A stretch of 50,997 nt of DNA, counting the filler, from Catajapyx aquilonaris (lineage: Eukaryota): assembly GCA_000934665.2 (NCBI GenBank). It is 3 parts of 3 records of this genome, joined end to end, with 100 filler letters (N's around TTAATTAATTAA, not from the genome) between each part and the next. Parts side by side here need not be neighbours in the genome. Positions count along the whole stretch, not along the records: positions 34,191 to 50,997 come from KZ539640.1; 2 more parts are not named here. One strand, written 5' to 3'. Of the stretch, positions 49,120 through 50,997 are shown in pieces. The translations under genes were made by a program, and so were the position numbers. Below the pieces are notes generated by a model, which saw nothing but the letters and a program-made list of their open reading frames with translations, was not told where the DNA came from and did not search any database. The first letter of the stretch is position 1. Each line of letters begins with the position of its first letter.

Positions 49120-50947
49120 TATGTAATGCTGACAGGTAAGTTGGGACACTCTGTAGATGCAGACAAAAGTTAGTTTTAACTTCCTTGTATTGTCAAATTC
49201 TTGTTATTTCTTACTGGCCCCTGCCCTGAATTTCCTCCAGTATGGAGTATGATTCACGATTAATTTTATTGCCATCGGACACTAACATTGCTATTATTAG
49301 CAACAACCCCCAAGATCAGGGTCAATCCGCGGATGTGACGTGTCCAACCATGTGTCGCATTTATAAGACAATGAACCTCCAAAACTGATAAAGACTCCGT
49401 CCAACCAAGGTCCAACTCATGTCCACCTGTGTGCACCCTTTCACGTGATCATTCCCCACCTCGAATTAGCGACCTCCTTAATTTGGCGAAATCCATGACA
49501 GGCACAGGGGCGGAGTAAGTACATTCAAATGTTCCCGCGACGACTGTATGCGCACACATATAATTATGTCCCAGGTGGGAGGGGTTCGGAGTCTTCCGCA
49601 CTAAGGGATGCGCAGCTGGAGATCCTCCCCGTCCCCGTCAGTCTCCTCCGATCCTCCGTCTCTGGCAGTTGTGGTAAAAGCAGCCTCCCTGGACAACATG
49701 GCCGAAGGTGGTGGTGGTGGTCCTGGTGGTAGACCTGGTGGTGGGGATGGTGGTGGTGCTTCGGGATGTCCTCCAACAACTACTGACGCTTGTTCTGTCT
49801 CCGACAACTGCTTCGACGCCCGATGTCCCCAGTGTTGTGAGTACACAAATTTTTTTCCAGCACCGTGATGGAAGCATTGGGCACGTGAAGATGCATGGGC
49901 ACATCCACGCGGTTTCTCCAACTTATTACCTGACCGCGAAGCATCATGCTAACAACCTCACTTAACTGCAGTTAGGTCGGTTAAACGGTTGGATAATCAG
50001 GGTATCGGAGTGGTGGTTTTTGCGTTCTGGCTCGGTTAGATGTTAGGTGCGAGTAAAATAGTATGGTGATGATGCGGGTCGGTAAAACCTGCAGATCCGA
50101 TTTCGATTTGCTGATTTTTGGCCAAGGGATAGGACATTCCGTCAAAAAAATGGGCGCCCGTAATGTTTCATTGTAACATTTTCGGGAAAGAAAGTTTGAG
50201 GACAAATTTTTCTGCGATTGTCTGATTTTATAATTCATGGATCAGTCACTTCAGTTCACAAATTTTGGTATATCAAAAAACAGTAGGAATTGTGATTGGA
50301 CAACGTACCAGAATCTAGAGCAAACTTCGACTCGTGGAGAGTGAACTATGCATTCCATAGTAAATGATTGACAGCAGTTTGAGTTTCGATAACTTCAGTT
50401 TACGGAGGTTTAATTCATATAATTATACAATGCGACCAACCAATGCCGCAAATTTCTTCAACTCAGAGACAACTTTTACTTATGACTTCGGGTTATAGCA
50501 GTTCTACTGTATACAGTACAGGCTTACATTGAAAATATTGCTATTACTTAGCAAGTGGCAATTGTGGTAACAAACTTCCGAGATTTACCTGATTGTCCTA
50601 TTCCCTTAGCCTATAGGCCGTACTTGCATCAGTTGCATCATGCACCGACCAAATCCGCAATTGGTAATCGACTTCAGTCATTTCAAGCAGCAAATTCAGC
50701 GAAAATAATGGCATTTGCTCCTAATTATAGTAGGTGTCCCAGCTCAATTAAATTTCAAGCGGGTTGAAATTTATGTTAAAATGTACGGTAAATGAGAGAA
50801 CGATCTGACGTCATCAGGGTTTCCATGGAAATACCCTCACAGAACAATATTAGTAAACAGTGTCAACAAAAAGCAACAATGGAAGAAACGATGACGTCAG
50901 ATCGTGCTCTCGTTTTCCGTACATTAGTTGACCTGGATGGATGCAGT

Positions 50948-50997
50948 CAGGGGCGGATCCAGAAATTTTTCTGGGGGTCACAAGGGTATAGGTGGGG
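50948..50997 (+). mobile_element. Probable hAT-type terminus at window edge
   Basis: CAGGGGCGGATCCAGAAATTTTT resembles common hAT MITE termini; the other end is outside the window. Confidence 0.4.

Noticed and set aside
49240..49870. Gly-rich (+) or Pro-rich (-) exon-like block with a plausible 59-nt intron at 49515-49573
   Set aside because: Spliced frames hit stops and the low-complexity GGT run explains the ORFs; no family identifiable.

Overview
Eukaryotic, most likely arthropod, genomic DNA: short GT-AG introns, insect-type tRNA-Ser genes, tRNA-derived SINEs and many MITEs. The window is not one locus. Two identical 100-nt linkers (44 N + TTAATTAATTAA + 44 N at 16822-16921 and 34091-34190) join three ~17-kb pieces. 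Piece 1 holds the 3' exons of a RET/Torso-like receptor tyrosine kinase (+), a very divergent Bax inhibitor-1 (TMBIM)-like gene (-) and an MpaB/rubber-oxygenase (DUF2236)-like gene (+). Piece 2 is largely non-coding, with two SINEs and a large foldback built from two 3' ends of an Academ-like (XPG + Cys8) transposon. Piece 3 holds two convergent tRNA-Ser(AGA) genes, a solo LTR inserted just upstream of one of them, a four-level nested transposon stack, and an intact four-exon, strongly diverged Enhancer of rudimentary (ERH) gene that the ORF track misses entirely. All family assignments come from manual translation and remembered motifs; no database search was run.
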